64,000 bases of DNA. Origin: an uncultured Candidatus Saccharibacteria bacterium. GTDB lineage: Bacteria > Patescibacteriota > Minisyncoccia > Phycocordibacterales > PALSA-1337. Every line of letters starts with the position of its first letter. The stretch's first letter is position 1. Shown piece by piece: positions 1 through 10,746 of the stretch. The notes beneath the pieces are model-generated. The model ran no database searches, had not been told where the DNA came from, and saw only the letters and a list, made by a program, of their open reading frames with translations. The stretch covers positions 75,803 to 139,802 of the forward strand of contig CAYXPQ010000001.1 in the NCBI GenBank assembly GCA_964467225.1, given 5' to 3'. The position numbers and the translations under genes were made by a program.

Positions 1-1
1 A

Positions 2-1456
2 GAACATAATGATTCTCTAATGCAACAATATCTTGATGGTAAAGAGATTGCCATTGATGTTTTGAAAGCGGAAATTAGAAAATTAGTTATTGAAAACAAG
101 ATTTTCCCAGTATTTACTGGATCAGCCTTGAAGAATGTCGGTGTTCAACTAGTTCTAGATGCTGTGGTGGATTATCTACCAGCACCAACAGATATTAAAG
201 CTGTGAAAGGAACTGATCCAAATACAGGAGAGGAAATATTAAGAAAGCCATCAGATGAAGAGCCATTTGCTGCACTAGCTTTCAAGCTTCAGAATGATCC
301 ATTCGTAGGACAATTAACATTCTTCCGAGTATATTCTGGAACAATTGAGGCTGGGACATACATTTACAATTCAACTACAGGTAAGAAAGAGAGACTTGGT
401 CGTATTGTTAGATTGCAGGCTGATAAGAGAGAGGAGGTAAAGAAAGTCTTCGCGGGAGAGATCGCGGCAGCAGTGGGTCTAAAGGATGCTCTAACATCTC
501 ATACTTTCTGTGATGAGAACAACCCAATAATCCTTGAAGCTATCAAATTCTTGGAGCCAGTTGTATCCCTACGTGTTGAGCCAAAGACAAAGGCAGATCA
601 AGAGAAAATGGGTATGGCGCTTAGAAAGTTGGCAAATGAGGATCCTACATTTAAGATTTCTTCAAACAATGAAACAGGCGAGACTATTATCTCAGGTATG
701 GGTGAATTACACCTAGATATCATGGTTGATCGTATGAAAAGAGAGTTTGGTGTTGAGACAAATGTAGGTAAGCCACAAGTAGCATATCGAGAGACAATTC
801 TTGGTACTGCAGAAGCTGAACACAAATACATCAAGCAATCAGGAGGTAAGGGTCAATACGGTCACGTAAAGATTACTATTAAACCAATGGAGAAGCTTGC
901 AGAAGGTGAGAAAGTGGCAAAGAATGTAAGTAGATATGATGATTTCGAATTCATCAACTCTATTAAAGGAGGAGTTATTCCGCAAGAATTCATTCCAGCT
1001 GTTGAGAAAGGAGTTCATGAAGCTATGGATAGAGGAATTGTGGCAGGATTCAGAATGGTAAATGTAAGTTGTGAATTAACATTCGGTTCATATCATGATG
1101 TGGACTCATCAGAAATAGCATATAAGATTGCAGGATCACAGGCATTCCAAGAAGCTGCAAAGAGAGCAAAACCAGTTATTCTTGAACCTATAATGAAGCT
1201 TGAAGTTCTTTTCCCTGACAAATTCATGGGAGATGTAACAGGAAGCATTTCATCAAAGAGAGGAACAATTGAAGAAATGACAGAAAGAGGTCAATCAAAG
1301 GTTCTACATGCCATGGTACCTCTATCAGAAATGTTCGGTTATACAACTCAATTAAGATCAATGACATCAGGACAAGGCTCAGCAACAATGGAATTTGATC
1401 ATTACGAAGTGGTTCCAAAGAATGTGGAAGCATCAATAGTTGAAGCAAGGAAATAG
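2..1456 (+). CDS. fusA: Elongation factor G, 5'-truncated by the window edge
   Basis: EF-G motifs GMGELHL, VGKPQVAYRET, KQSGGKGQYGHV, GSYHDVDSS; frame open to window start. Confidence 0.98.
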   Translation, partial: EHNDSLMQQYLDGKEIAIDVLKAEIRKLVIENKIFPVFTGSALKNVGVQLVLDAVVDYLPAPTDIKAVKGTDPNTGEEILRKPSDEEPFAALAFKLQNDPFVGQLTFFRVYSGTIEAGTYIYNSTTGKKERLGRIVRLQADKREEVKKVFAGEIAAAVGLKDALTSHTFCDENNPIILEAIKFLEPVVSLRVEPKTKADQEKMGMALRKLANEDPTFKISSNNETGETIISGMGELHLDIMVDRMKREFGVETNVGKPQVAYRETILGTAEAEHKYIKQSGGKGQYGHVKITIKPMEKLAEGEKVAKNVSRYDDFEFINSIKGGVIPQEFIPAVEKGVHEAMDRGIVAGFRMVNVSCELTFGSYHDVDSSEIAYKIAGSQAFQEAAKRAKPVILEPIMKLEVLFPDKFMGDVTGSISSKRGTIEEMTERGQSKVLHAMVPLSEMFGYTTQLRSMTSGQGSATMEFDHYEVVPKNVEASIVEARK

Positions 1457-1509
1457 TATTGGGGATAACTAAATTTGTGAGATTATAAATTAGATATATA
1501 ATATACTCA

Positions 1510-1556
1510 CTACCAAAGAAGGTGTCTCGCAAGTCGAGCACCTTCTTTGTTTGGTA
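1510..1556 (+). terminator. Hairpin after fusA
   Basis: CAAAGAAGGTG...CACCTTCTTTG inverted repeat followed by T-rich bases. Confidence 0.6.
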
Positions 1557-1581
1557 AATTATTAAAATATAAAAAACAAAA

Positions 1582-2061
1582 ATGTTCGGTATACACTTAA
1601 AGCATGTTCTTGTTCTAACTCTGTTGGCAGGTATAGCATATTCTTTGCCACAAGTTAAAGACGGACTTTCAGATTCTTTCTCCAGTATATATGTGCAAAA
1701 TCAAGCAGCACTTTTTAATTTTCCAAATATTAATCCTCAAAATAGCTATGGTAATAGAATGATGAATAATCAGGCTATAGGTGTTGGGGAGATTAAGAAA
1801 ATGATAATTGTTCCTGAAGAAATAGTACGTGTTCTAGTCAAAGAAGGAGTAATTCCACAAGACAAAGCAGTTCTTGCAGTAAAAATCTTGAAGGAAAGAC
1901 TATTTAATAATCAACCAATGCCTCCACAACAACAAGGAGCAAGTACCACTAGACCAAATGTAATAAGGGTACAGGTATCTACTTCTTCACGACCTATGAT
2001 GAAATTGGAATTACAGAGATCTCCATATGAATTTCAGGAAAGGGTACAACTGGATAACTAA
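1582..2061 (+). CDS. Hypothetical exported protein
   Basis: 159 aa ORF with hydrophobic N-terminus and N/Q-rich segments; followed by a hairpin near 2090-2120. Confidence 0.7.
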   Translation: MFGIHLKHVLVLTLLAGIAYSLPQVKDGLSDSFSSIYVQNQAALFNFPNINPQNSYGNRMMNNQAIGVGEIKKMIIVPEEIVRVLVKEGVIPQDKAVLAVKILKERLFNNQPMPPQQQGASTTRPNVIRVQVSTSSRPMMKLELQRSPYEFQERVQLDN

Positions 2062-2134
2062 TCTTTTATAGGTATCCTTTTGGGTTTATAATAAAGACCA
2101 GTTAAGCTGGTTTTTATTATTTATTATTTAATTT

Positions 2135-5100
2135 ATGAAGAATATTATTAAAGTTTCTGTTTCAATATCTGTAATTTTTGTAGTTTTATTTGGTTTTAAT
2201 ATACAAATTTCAAATGCACAGACAAATTCTAATAAAGTTTTGAGTGGAGCTTGTATTTCTATAAACTCTTCTAAAACAATGAAAATTTCTTCCGGTAAAG
2301 TTTATATTAACGGAAAGGAATATGAATATACTGGGGGCGGCGGAAGTTTTCCAAGTAATAAATCATTTCCACTTTATGTAAAAACTCTTTATGGAAGTGT
2401 ATATAATCCATTGCCTGGAGAGGGTAAGGATGGTCCAGATAGTCTTAAGATTGGATATGTTACTACAGGTAAAGATAGTTTGATTACTGAAATAGTAAAT
2501 GTTTCACCATGGTGTGAGAATTATTCTTATGATATTGCAACAACAGCTACTACAAGTAAACCAGTAATAAAGGTTATTAGTCCAAATGGAGGAGAAGTTT
2601 TATATGTTGGCCAAAGTTATCCTGTAAAGTGGAGTGACAACAGTGGAGATGTAAGCAATGTATCTATTTCCCTAATAGATTACAATTCTGGAACGGAATT
2701 TAATCTATCTGGAGATGTCTCATCTAGGTCTTCAGGTGTAGATGGAACAAGCGTTTATTCACTACTAATACCGTCATATATAACAAAGAATATGACAACT
2801 ACAGGTGATGGTAACAATAAATTTAAAATTAGAATTTATTCTAAAAATGGAGCGGTAGATTCAAGTGATAACTATTTTACTGTAAGATCTACAACAACGC
2901 CATCTCTAAAAGTTATTAGTCCAAATGGTGGTGAGACACTATTAATGGAAGGATATTATCCTATAAAATGGTATGACACTAGGGATAGAAGCGATGTTAC
3001 TATATTTCTCGTTGATTACAAAAGCGGAACTGCAATACCTTTAGCTAGTAATGTATCTGTTACTGCATCAGGTATTGATGGTATAAGTACTTATACAGTC
3101 CAAATTCCAGGATATGTAGAAAGAAAGTTGGCAGTCGATACTAAGAGCTTTAAAATTAGAGTTGATTCAACTGGCGGGAGTGATTTAAGTGATGATTACA
3201 TTACTATAGCTTCTGCAACTTCTTCCAGCATAGACACCCCATGCTTTACTTTTAACAGAGACCTATCATACGGATCAGAGAACAAGGAAGTTGACTATCT
3301 AGTCAAAGCTCTACTTAAAGAAGGATCAATAAGAAATCCAAATAATCTAACTATTAAAAGTGAGAAATTTGATGAATCAGTATTAACTGGTGTAGTAGCA
3401 TTTCAAGGTAAATACGGAATACCACAAACAGGATATGTAGGACCTCTTACAAGAGCGATGTTAAATCGACTTTATGGTAATTGTAATCAGAGTGAGAATA
3501 TTTCTGCTACATTAAAGTTAATTAGCCCAAATGGTGAGTTATATAATGTTGGCTCAAGAGTTCCAATCTCATGGAATCACAATGGTAATCTAAAGAGTGT
3601 AACAATAGATATAATGACTGCTGATGGACAGAAAACATTACTTTCTCAATCATATAATGAAAATCCAGGAAGATATTCTTTCTTAGTAGCTACAGGAACA
3701 CCAGAAGGTAAGTATATGGTAAGAATAAGAACAACCAACTATTCTTCAAGTAATTATTTCTATGTGGGTAGCACAGGAAATTCTGCGACAAACTCAAAAT
3801 GTGATTTTGAGGTAAAATCACCAATAGCAAATTCTAAGGTTAACTTCCCACTGACAGTAACTGGTACTATAGATAGAAGTAAGTCAAATAATGCTGGATG
3901 TAGATGGCAAACATTTGAAGGGGTAGCTGGTACGGCCAAATTTTACGCTTATCTTACAGAAAAGAATCGTGATGGAACAATGAAAGGCTGGACATCAATA
4001 GGTGATTCAGTAATTATGAATCTAGAGAAAGTTAACTCAGATAAATCAAATTTTAATGTCAGATTTAATTTTCCGGAGGGAGGTTTCCAAATTAATAATC
4101 CAGTTAAGATTGTGTTTACAGAGGAAAATCCAGCAGCAATACGTCCAGCACTTACCTTTGAATTACCATTATACTTAGATACCTCAGGAAATTCTGCGAC
4201 AACAACTCCAAACATCTCCAAGGCTCAAATATCTGGTTCATGTGTTCTGAGTGCACCATCTGGTTATGCCATTACTTCAGGTAAATTAAAATTAAACGAT
4301 AAAGAATATTCATTTAGTGGTGGAAGAGGGTCATATTTGCCAAGTAATAGAGTAATGCCAGTATATCTATATATGCCAAGAGAGGGTTATGTGGCAAGTT
4401 ACGTATATTTGAATCCACCAGTAAATGTAGGGGTTGGAACAACTACAGCATTGAAGATTGCAACAATTGTTACAGGAGATAAAGGGGTTATAAGAAATAT
4501 TTATAATCTAAATCCTCTTTGTCAAAGTTATACAAATATCAAAGCTGAAGCAACATCAGTGCCTACAACTAATCAAACAATAAAGGTTATAAGTCCAAAT
4601 GGTGGGGAAGTGTGGCAGATAGGTAAGACATATGAATTTAGATGGAGTTCAAGTGGAATAGATAAGGTAATGATCAATCTTACAAATCAAGATAATAATT
4701 TTGGATATGGTACATTGAATGCTATTGATGCGAGAACAGGAAGGGTCACCTATACACTTCCAAATACTCTACCGGCAGGTAAATACAAAGTATTTATGGT
4801 GGATGCATCAGGTAAAACAATTACAAATGATTCAAGTGATAATTATTTCACAATAGTAAATTCAACATCAGGATATACACCAACTCCATCTACTACATAC
4901 ACTCCATATCCAAGCTATACACCTACATACTCACCAACTCCAAGTCAAACATATAATTCATACCCAACAGCAACCTACACCTCATCACCAACATACACAA
5001 CTAGCCCAACATATTCATCTACTCCAACATATACCTATACACCAAGTCCAACTTATTCATCATCACCTACAGCAACATATTCACCTAGTTATACATACAG

Positions 5101-5218
5101 TCCAAGTCCATCATATTCACCATCGCCATCTTCTTCACCGACTTCATTCTATGATATAGACAGGTTCTCATTAGGTGCAGCAATACTTAGTGCATTTAGG
5201 GGAATGATGGGGTTGTAG
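2135..5218 (+). CDS. Large modular surface protein (repeated Ig-like modules, peptidoglycan-binding domain, Y/S/T/P-rich tail)
   Basis: Signal peptide; repeated KVISPNGGE..W modules; PG-binding-like FQGKYGIPQTGYVGPLTRAMLN; duplicated SG.C..SGK..N.KEY module; low-complexity C-terminus. Confidence 0.85.
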   Translation: MKNIIKVSVSISVIFVVLFGFNIQISNAQTNSNKVLSGACISINSSKTMKISSGKVYINGKEYEYTGGGGSFPSNKSFPLYVKTLYGSVYNPLPGEGKDGPDSLKIGYVTTGKDSLITEIVNVSPWCENYSYDIATTATTSKPVIKVISPNGGEVLYVGQSYPVKWSDNSGDVSNVSISLIDYNSGTEFNLSGDVSSRSSGVDGTSVYSLLIPSYITKNMTTTGDGNNKFKIRIYSKNGAVDSSDNYFTVRSTTTPSLKVISPNGGETLLMEGYYPIKWYDTRDRSDVTIFLVDYKSGTAIPLASNVSVTASGIDGISTYTVQIPGYVERKLAVDTKSFKIRVDSTGGSDLSDDYITIASATSSSIDTPCFTFNRDLSYGSENKEVDYLVKALLKEGSIRNPNNLTIKSEKFDESVLTGVVAFQGKYGIPQTGYVGPLTRAMLNRLYGNCNQSENISATLKLISPNGELYNVGSRVPISWNHNGNLKSVTIDIMTADGQKTLLSQSYNENPGRYSFLVATGTPEGKYMVRIRTTNYSSSNYFYVGSTGNSATNSKCDFEVKSPIANSKVNFPLTVTGTIDRSKSNNAGCRWQTFEGVAGTAKFYAYLTEKNRDGTMKGWTSIGDSVIMNLEKVNSDKSNFNVRFNFPEGGFQINNPVKIVFTEENPAAIRPALTFELPLYLDTSGNSATTTPNISKAQISGSCVLSAPSGYAITSGKLKLNDKEYSFSGGRGSYLPSNRVMPVYLYMPREGYVASYVYLNPPVNVGVGTTTALKIATIVTGDKGVIRNIYNLNPLCQSYTNIKAEATSVPTTNQTIKVISPNGGEVWQIGKTYEFRWSSSGIDKVMINLTNQDNNFGYGTLNAIDARTGRVTYTLPNTLPAGKYKVFMVDASGKTITNDSSDNYFTIVNSTSGYTPTPSTTYTPYPSYTPTYSPTPSQTYNSYPTATYTSSPTYTTSPTYSSTPTYTYTPSPTYSSSPTATYSPSYTYSPSPSYSPSPSSSPTSFYDIDRFSLGAAILSAFRGMMGL

Positions 5219-5264
5219 AAGTTATCAACTTTTAACAGAATTAATTTAAAAATATACTTTATGG

Positions 5265-7349
5265 GTGAAGAATATCCATAAAGTATATCTTTTCATATTA
5301 ATTTTTCTATTCAGTTCATCACCTGTATCAGCGATTGAGATTCAGTGCATAAATAATGAAACAAACGATTTAGCTTTTCATGTTAATAATCAAATAGACA
5401 ATAGAATTAAATTGTCTGATTCATCAACGGGGTTAAATATCTATAGTGTTAGGTCTACTGAGGCAGGGTCAAATTGGACTAGGAATTCTAATTCTTGGAC
5501 TCAAAAATTATCACCTCTAGATTTTACTGGAGTAAGTGGATCAAATAATGATTTAGCACATCATGCTAACAATCCTTATTGGGGAGGGGCAACACTTATT
5601 ACTCCAAGACATTTTGTAACAGCAAATCACTTTAGATTTGAAAATGGTTCAACTGTTAATTTCTATGATAAGGAGGGAAGGGTAGTCTCTAGGAAAATGA
5701 CTAATTCCTATACAGTTCCAAATACTGATATTACAGTAGGACTACTCGAAAGCGATGTCGATAACAGTATCACATATTATCCTGTTATGAAAATTTCTAC
5801 ATTAGAGAGTATGTTATCAAGACCAGACGGATATTTCTATAATGATTTACCAATAGTAGTATTTAATCAAAATGCACAAGCAATAATTCGCTCCCTTATA
5901 AAAAAAGACACACCAAAAAGTTTTAATCATGCTAATTACGGTGATAGTATTAGATCTAGCTTCACCAAGGACTTAATAGAAGGAGACTCAGGACAGCCAG
6001 GTTTTATTATCATTAATGATAAGCCAATTTTACTTTTTGCAAATTTTCTAACGAATACATCTCCAAGTTTGGGTGATTATATTAATGAAATAAATTCTGG
6101 CATACAATCTTTGGGAAATAGTAATGGATATAATATTACAGAATATACAAATAATAATTTTAAAACATATAGTTCATTCTGTACTGGGCCAGTGTTACCA
6201 TCGCCTGATCAGTTTAAAGTTACAACAAATACCGCATGCTTATCTCCTACAGATAAATTAAAGGTAGATATAACTTGGTCTAAGCCACTAAATTATTCTA
6301 TGCAATCTAGTGGATATCAGTATAGATTATATAAGAACAATCAATCTCCAGATTTCTTATCAATGAATACTTATAATTATACTGATATAAATGTTCAACC
6401 TAATACAGAATATACTTACATATTAAAACTATATTACGGAACATATTCATCAGGTGAAGTAAAATTCCAAATAAAAACTCCATCTTTGTGCTCATCTTCT
6501 GTTATAGTAAATAATCCTCCAGTTGTTGTATCTAATCCAGTTCCAGTTACTACTCCTCTATCCAATTATGAACCTTTACCAGCCAAAAATAATGATGCGG
6601 ATAAGGACGGAATAATAGACGGCCTGGATATGTGTCCAAATACAAGTATTGATCAAAAAAGTTTTGTTAATACCAAAGGATGCATTAAACCAAAAATAAC
6701 TAAATTTAGTTTTTCAAAAGATTTATCCAATATTGATCTTAGAGAAGTTGATAATCTTGAAATATCTAATTCATATGGAAGGGTGTTGTTCACTTCACCC
6801 GTTTCACTTACAAGATCTAATCAACAATTAGACATTGATACTAATTTATACATTGGCAATAATATAGTTTCATTAAATTCTGTTAATCTTCCTGAATTAA
6901 ATAGGGGAGCGATAATTACATTTAACAATCTTTCCTATAGAAATCCAGTAATATATAAAGATGATTCAATTTGTACTACTTGTGAAGTTGTTTCTTATAC
7001 CAATAATACTTTCAGATTTAAAGTCCTAGGATTTTCAAATTATTCTGTTGTAGATATGCCACTTATTCCAGACAAACCTGTAATAATAGATAACCCCATT
7101 CAGGATCCAACTCAACCTGTGACAATTACGCAACCCGCAGTACAGCCAGTAATCATTACTCAGTCAGTTGTTAATCAGAGTGTTGTCCAACAAGTACAGA
7201 CACCACCAACACAACAAACAAAACCATTATCACAACAAGGAATACCAAAACTCCAATCAAATCCCAACATTGAAGTTCCAGTTGATAATAATCAAGTACC
7301 AGATGCAGATATTTTTAATACTGGTTATTTCCCTGAAGATATATATTGA
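5265..7349 (+). CDS. Secreted trypsin-like serine protease with FN3-like and TSP3-like modules
   Basis: Signal peptide; triad motifs ATLITPRHFVTANH, DITVGLL, GDSGQP; NVQPNTEYTY (FN3-like); DADKDGIIDGLDMCPNT (TSP3-like). Confidence 0.75.
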   Translation: MKNIHKVYLFILIFLFSSSPVSAIEIQCINNETNDLAFHVNNQIDNRIKLSDSSTGLNIYSVRSTEAGSNWTRNSNSWTQKLSPLDFTGVSGSNNDLAHHANNPYWGGATLITPRHFVTANHFRFENGSTVNFYDKEGRVVSRKMTNSYTVPNTDITVGLLESDVDNSITYYPVMKISTLESMLSRPDGYFYNDLPIVVFNQNAQAIIRSLIKKDTPKSFNHANYGDSIRSSFTKDLIEGDSGQPGFIIINDKPILLFANFLTNTSPSLGDYINEINSGIQSLGNSNGYNITEYTNNNFKTYSSFCTGPVLPSPDQFKVTTNTACLSPTDKLKVDITWSKPLNYSMQSSGYQYRLYKNNQSPDFLSMNTYNYTDINVQPNTEYTYILKLYYGTYSSGEVKFQIKTPSLCSSSVIVNNPPVVVSNPVPVTTPLSNYEPLPAKNNDADKDGIIDGLDMCPNTSIDQKSFVNTKGCIKPKITKFSFSKDLSNIDLREVDNLEISNSYGRVLFTSPVSLTRSNQQLDIDTNLYIGNNIVSLNSVNLPELNRGAIITFNNLSYRNPVIYKDDSICTTCEVVSYTNNTFRFKVLGFSNYSVVDMPLIPDKPVIIDNPIQDPTQPVTITQPAVQPVIITQSVVNQSVVQQVQTPPTQQTKPLSQQGIPKLQSNPNIEVPVDNNQVPDADIFNTGYFPEDIY

Positions 7350-7457
7350 ATATGAGAAGCCAAGTTACTATAGGATTGCCGTAGATTTTGTAAAACATCA
7401 AGCAAATGAAATTATTGGAAGAATTACTAGAGGTTTTATGAAAATATGGAGTAAAAT

Positions 7458-7501
7458 TTGACAAGCAAATGCGTACTTGCTATGATGGCGAGTACGCATT
7501 T
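7458..7501 (+). promoter_or_regulatory. Sigma70 promoter of tuf-S10 with overlapping inverted repeat
   Basis: TTGACA (7458)-17 nt-TATGAT (7481); arms AAATGCGTACTTGC / GCGAGTACGCATTT. Confidence 0.75.
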
Positions 7502-7592
7502 AGCGTTGGTGTTTCTAGGGTTACTACCCTTATTTTATTAATTTAGTTAACAATTTATCTTTAATTCTTCGGGATTAAAGCACTAAAATTAT

Positions 7593-8780
7593 ATGGCAGC
7601 AGAATTTAATCGTTCAAAGACCCATGTTAACGTAGGTACTATTGGCCACGTGGATCATGGAAAGACAACACTTACTACTTCAATTCTAGCAGTACAAGCA
7701 AAAGACGGTCTTGCTACACTCAAGGCTTATGCTGATATTGCAAAGGGAGGTACTGTTCGAGATGCAACAAAGGTGGTTACTATTTCTCTAGCTCACGTAG
7801 AATACGAGACAGCAAATAGACATTATGCTCATATCGATGCTCCAGGTCACGCTGATTACATAAAGAACATGATCACAGGTGCCGCTCAGATGGACGGTGC
7901 TATTCTTGTAGTATCTGCTCTTGATGGAGTTATGCCACAAACAAGAGAGCATATTCTTCTAGCTTATCAGGTTGGAGTGCCAAATATTGTTGTTTTCCTT
8001 AATAAATGCGACATGGTTGCTGAAGCTGATCTACTAGATCTAGTGGAAGAAGAGGTAAGAGATCTTCTTACAAAGAACCACTACGATGGTAAGAATGCTA
8101 CAGTTATCAGAGGTTCTGCTCTAAAAGCTCTTGAGGGTGATCCAGTATGGGTAGCCAAGATCAAGGATCTTATGAACGCTCTAGATACAGCAATCCCAAC
8201 ACCAGTACGCGAAACAGATAAGCCATTCCTTATGCCAATTGAAGACATCTTCTCAATCGAAGGTAGAGGAACAGTAGTAACAGGCCGTGTAGAAAGAGGA
8301 ACTCTAAATCTAAACGACGAAGTTGAAATAATTGGATTCAAGGATACTTCAAAGACTACAGTTACAGGTATTGAAATGTTCAATAAGTCTCTAAAGCAAG
8401 CTATTGCTGGAGATAATGCTGGACTTCTGCTAAGAGGAACAGGCAAGGATGATGTCACAAGAGGTATGGTTCTTGCAAAAACTGGCTCAGTAAAGCCACA
8501 TACAGATTTTGAAGCTGAGGTATACATCCTTAAGAAAGAAGAGGGAGGAAGACACACACCTTTCTTTACAGGATATAAGCCACAGTTCTACATCAGAACA
8601 ACAGATGTTACAGGAGAAGTAACACTAGCTCAGGGAGTTGAGATGGTTATGCCTGGAGATACAGTAACATTTAAGGTTAAGCTAGTAGCACCAGTAGCTC
8701 TTGAAGACAAAATGAGATTTGCTATTCGAGAGGGGGGTAAGACAGTAGGTGCAGGAGTTGTAACAAAGATTGTTGCATAA
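7593..8780 (+). CDS. tuf: Elongation factor Tu
   Basis: [39 protein letters not shown]. Confidence 0.99.
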   Translation: MAAEFNRSKTHVNVGTIGHVDHGKTTLTTSILAVQAKDGLATLKAYADIAKGGTVRDATKVVTISLAHVEYETANRHYAHIDAPGHADYIKNMITGAAQMDGAILVVSALDGVMPQTREHILLAYQVGVPNIVVFLNKCDMVAEADLLDLVEEEVRDLLTKNHYDGKNATVIRGSALKALEGDPVWVAKIKDLMNALDTAIPTPVRETDKPFLMPIEDIFSIEGRGTVVTGRVERGTLNLNDEVEIIGFKDTSKTTVTGIEMFNKSLKQAIAGDNAGLLLRGTGKDDVTRGMVLAKTGSVKPHTDFEAEVYILKKEEGGRHTPFFTGYKPQFYIRTTDVTGEVTLAQGVEMVMPGDTVTFKVKLVAPVALEDKMRFAIREGGKTVGAGVVTKIVA

Positions 8781-8798
8781 TTAATTTAGATTAATATC

Positions 8799-9176
8799 AT
8801 GACTACAATCGCTAAAGAAACAAATAAAGTATCAAAGCCAAGAGCAAGTAAGGTTGCTAAGGAAGGAGAAGTTGCAAAGCTTCGAATTCGAGTTAAGGCT
8901 TATGAGAATAAGATTCTGGATGCTTCATTAAAGCAGATAATGGATACAGCGATTCGTTATGATGTACAGTTCTTTGGCCCTATTCCACTTCCAACAGAGA
9001 TTAAGAAATACACAGTCAATCGTGCTTCTTTCGTATTCAAGAATGCTAGAGAGCAATTTGAAATGAGAGTTCACAAGAGATTAATTGATATTCTAAATCC
9101 AAATCAGAAGATTATAGAGGCACTTACTAACCTAAGCTTACCATCTGGAGTCAATATTGACGTTAAAATGATGTAA
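8799..9176 (+). CDS. rpsJ: 30S ribosomal protein S10
   Basis: GPIPLPT, AREQFEMRVHKRLIDI; N-terminal extension. Confidence 0.97.
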   Translation: MTTIAKETNKVSKPRASKVAKEGEVAKLRIRVKAYENKILDASLKQIMDTAIRYDVQFFGPIPLPTEIKKYTVNRASFVFKNAREQFEMRVHKRLIDILNPNQKIIEALTNLSLPSGVNIDVKMM

Positions 9177-9194
9177 GATAAGTAAAATACTGCA

Positions 9195-9800
9195 ATGAAA
9201 TTTATTCTTGGACGAAAATTAAATATGACTCAAATATTCGATAAAGATGGTGTAGTTCAGCCAGCTACTCTTATCGCAACTACTCCAGTAGTGGTAACTC
9301 AAATAAAGACAAAGGAAAATGATGGTTATGATGCTATTCAAGTTGCAACAGGCAAGACAAATCCAAGTAGATTAAATAAAGCAATGAAGGGTCATGTAAA
9401 GGATCTAGGTGCTTTTACTGATCTCAGGGAATTTAGAGTTGATAATCCAACAAATAAAGTAGGAGACAAAGTTGAATTAACTCAATTCAATCCAGGCGAT
9501 ATTGTAGAAGTTAGTGCAATTACAAAGGGTAAGGGATTCCAAGGTGTAGTTAAGAGACATGGTTTCGGAGGAGGACCAAGAACTCATGGTCAGAAGCACT
9601 CAGAAAGAGAGCCAGGTTCTATCGGAGGAGGATTGAGAAATAAAGTTCCAAAGAAAATGAGAATGGCAGGAAGAATGGGTGGAGATAGAGTTACTGTGAA
9701 GAATTTAAAAGTTCTTCATGTTGATTCTACAACAAATACTCTATATATTTCTGGAGCAGTACCAGGTCGTCGAGGTACATTGATAGAGATCACCTCATAA
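9195..9800 (+). CDS. rplC: 50S ribosomal protein L3
   Basis: KGKGFQGVVKRHGF, REPGSIG; synteny. Confidence 0.98.
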   Translation: MKFILGRKLNMTQIFDKDGVVQPATLIATTPVVVTQIKTKENDGYDAIQVATGKTNPSRLNKAMKGHVKDLGAFTDLREFRVDNPTNKVGDKVELTQFNPGDIVEVSAITKGKGFQGVVKRHGFGGGPRTHGQKHSEREPGSIGGGLRNKVPKKMRMAGRMGGDRVTVKNLKVLHVDSTTNTLYISGAVPGRRGTLIEITS

Positions 9801-9805
9801 ATTTT

Positions 9806-10459
9806 ATGGAACATATAATATACAATCAGAAAGGAAAGGAAGCAGGAAAGATTAAATTACCAGAATCAGTTTTTGGTATTGCTTGGAATGCAGACTTGGT
9901 TCATCAAGTTGTTACATCAATGATGTCTAGTGCTAGACATCCTATAGCTCATACTAAGACTCGTGGAGAGGTAAGTGGAGGAGGTAAGAAGCCATGGCAA
10001 CAGAAGGGTACAGGTCGCGCAAGACATGGTTCTACAAGATCACCTATTTGGGTTGGTGGAGGTATTGCTCATGGTCCGAGGAATGACAAGAATTTCGACA
10101 GAAAAGTAAATAAGAAAGCTAGATCAAAAGCTCTTTATACTATTCTTTCAAAAAAATTAAAAGATGGTGAAATACTATTTGTAGATTCATTGAATTTCTC
10201 AAAACCACAGACAAAGGATGCAAAAGAAATAATTGTTTCATTCTCAAAAATCAAAGGATTTGAGAAATTCTCAACAAAACCAAAAAATGTTGCATTGATC
10301 GCTCTAGACAAGAAGACATCAGAAGTTACAAAGAGTTTCCAGAACTTTGGCAATGTTTCAGTAGAAGAATTGAGAACAATTAACCCCGTTTCACTTATGA
10401 ATCATAAGTATTTGGTTATTGCTAATCCAAAAGAAAGCCTTAAAATTTTTGATAAATAA
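9806..10459 (+). CDS. rplD: 50S ribosomal protein L4
   Basis: TKTRGEVSGGGKKPWQQKGTGRARHGS. Confidence 0.98.
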   Translation: MEHIIYNQKGKEAGKIKLPESVFGIAWNADLVHQVVTSMMSSARHPIAHTKTRGEVSGGGKKPWQQKGTGRARHGSTRSPIWVGGGIAHGPRNDKNFDRKVNKKARSKALYTILSKKLKDGEILFVDSLNFSKPQTKDAKEIIVSFSKIKGFEKFSTKPKNVALIALDKKTSEVTKSFQNFGNVSVEELRTINPVSLMNHKYLVIANPKESLKIFDK

Positions 10460-10460
10460 C

Positions 10461-10730
10461 ATGACAACAATAATCCGACCAAGAATAACAGAGAAATCAG
10501 GAATTGCAGGTGAGAACTTGAATGTTTACACATTTGAGGTTTTCAAAAACTCTACAAAGCTCTCAATAGAGAAAGAAATAAAAGCTTTGTACAAAGTTAA
10601 TCCTGAAAAGATTAGAATTATTAATCTTCCAGCAAAGACTATTATTGTCAGAGGCAAAAGGGGCACTCAATCTGCAGTTAAAAAGGCATTAGTTTATCTC
10701 AAAAAGGGAGATAAGATAAATATCGCTTAA
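10461..10730 (+). CDS. rplW: 50S ribosomal protein L23 (start moved to ATG 10461)
   Basis: PRITEKS, YTFEV, KKALVYL; synteny. Confidence 0.95.
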   Translation: MTTIIRPRITEKSGIAGENLNVYTFEVFKNSTKLSIEKEIKALYKVNPEKIRIINLPAKTIIVRGKRGTQSAVKKALVYLKKGDKINIA

Positions 10731-10746
10731 ATTTATAATAATCACC

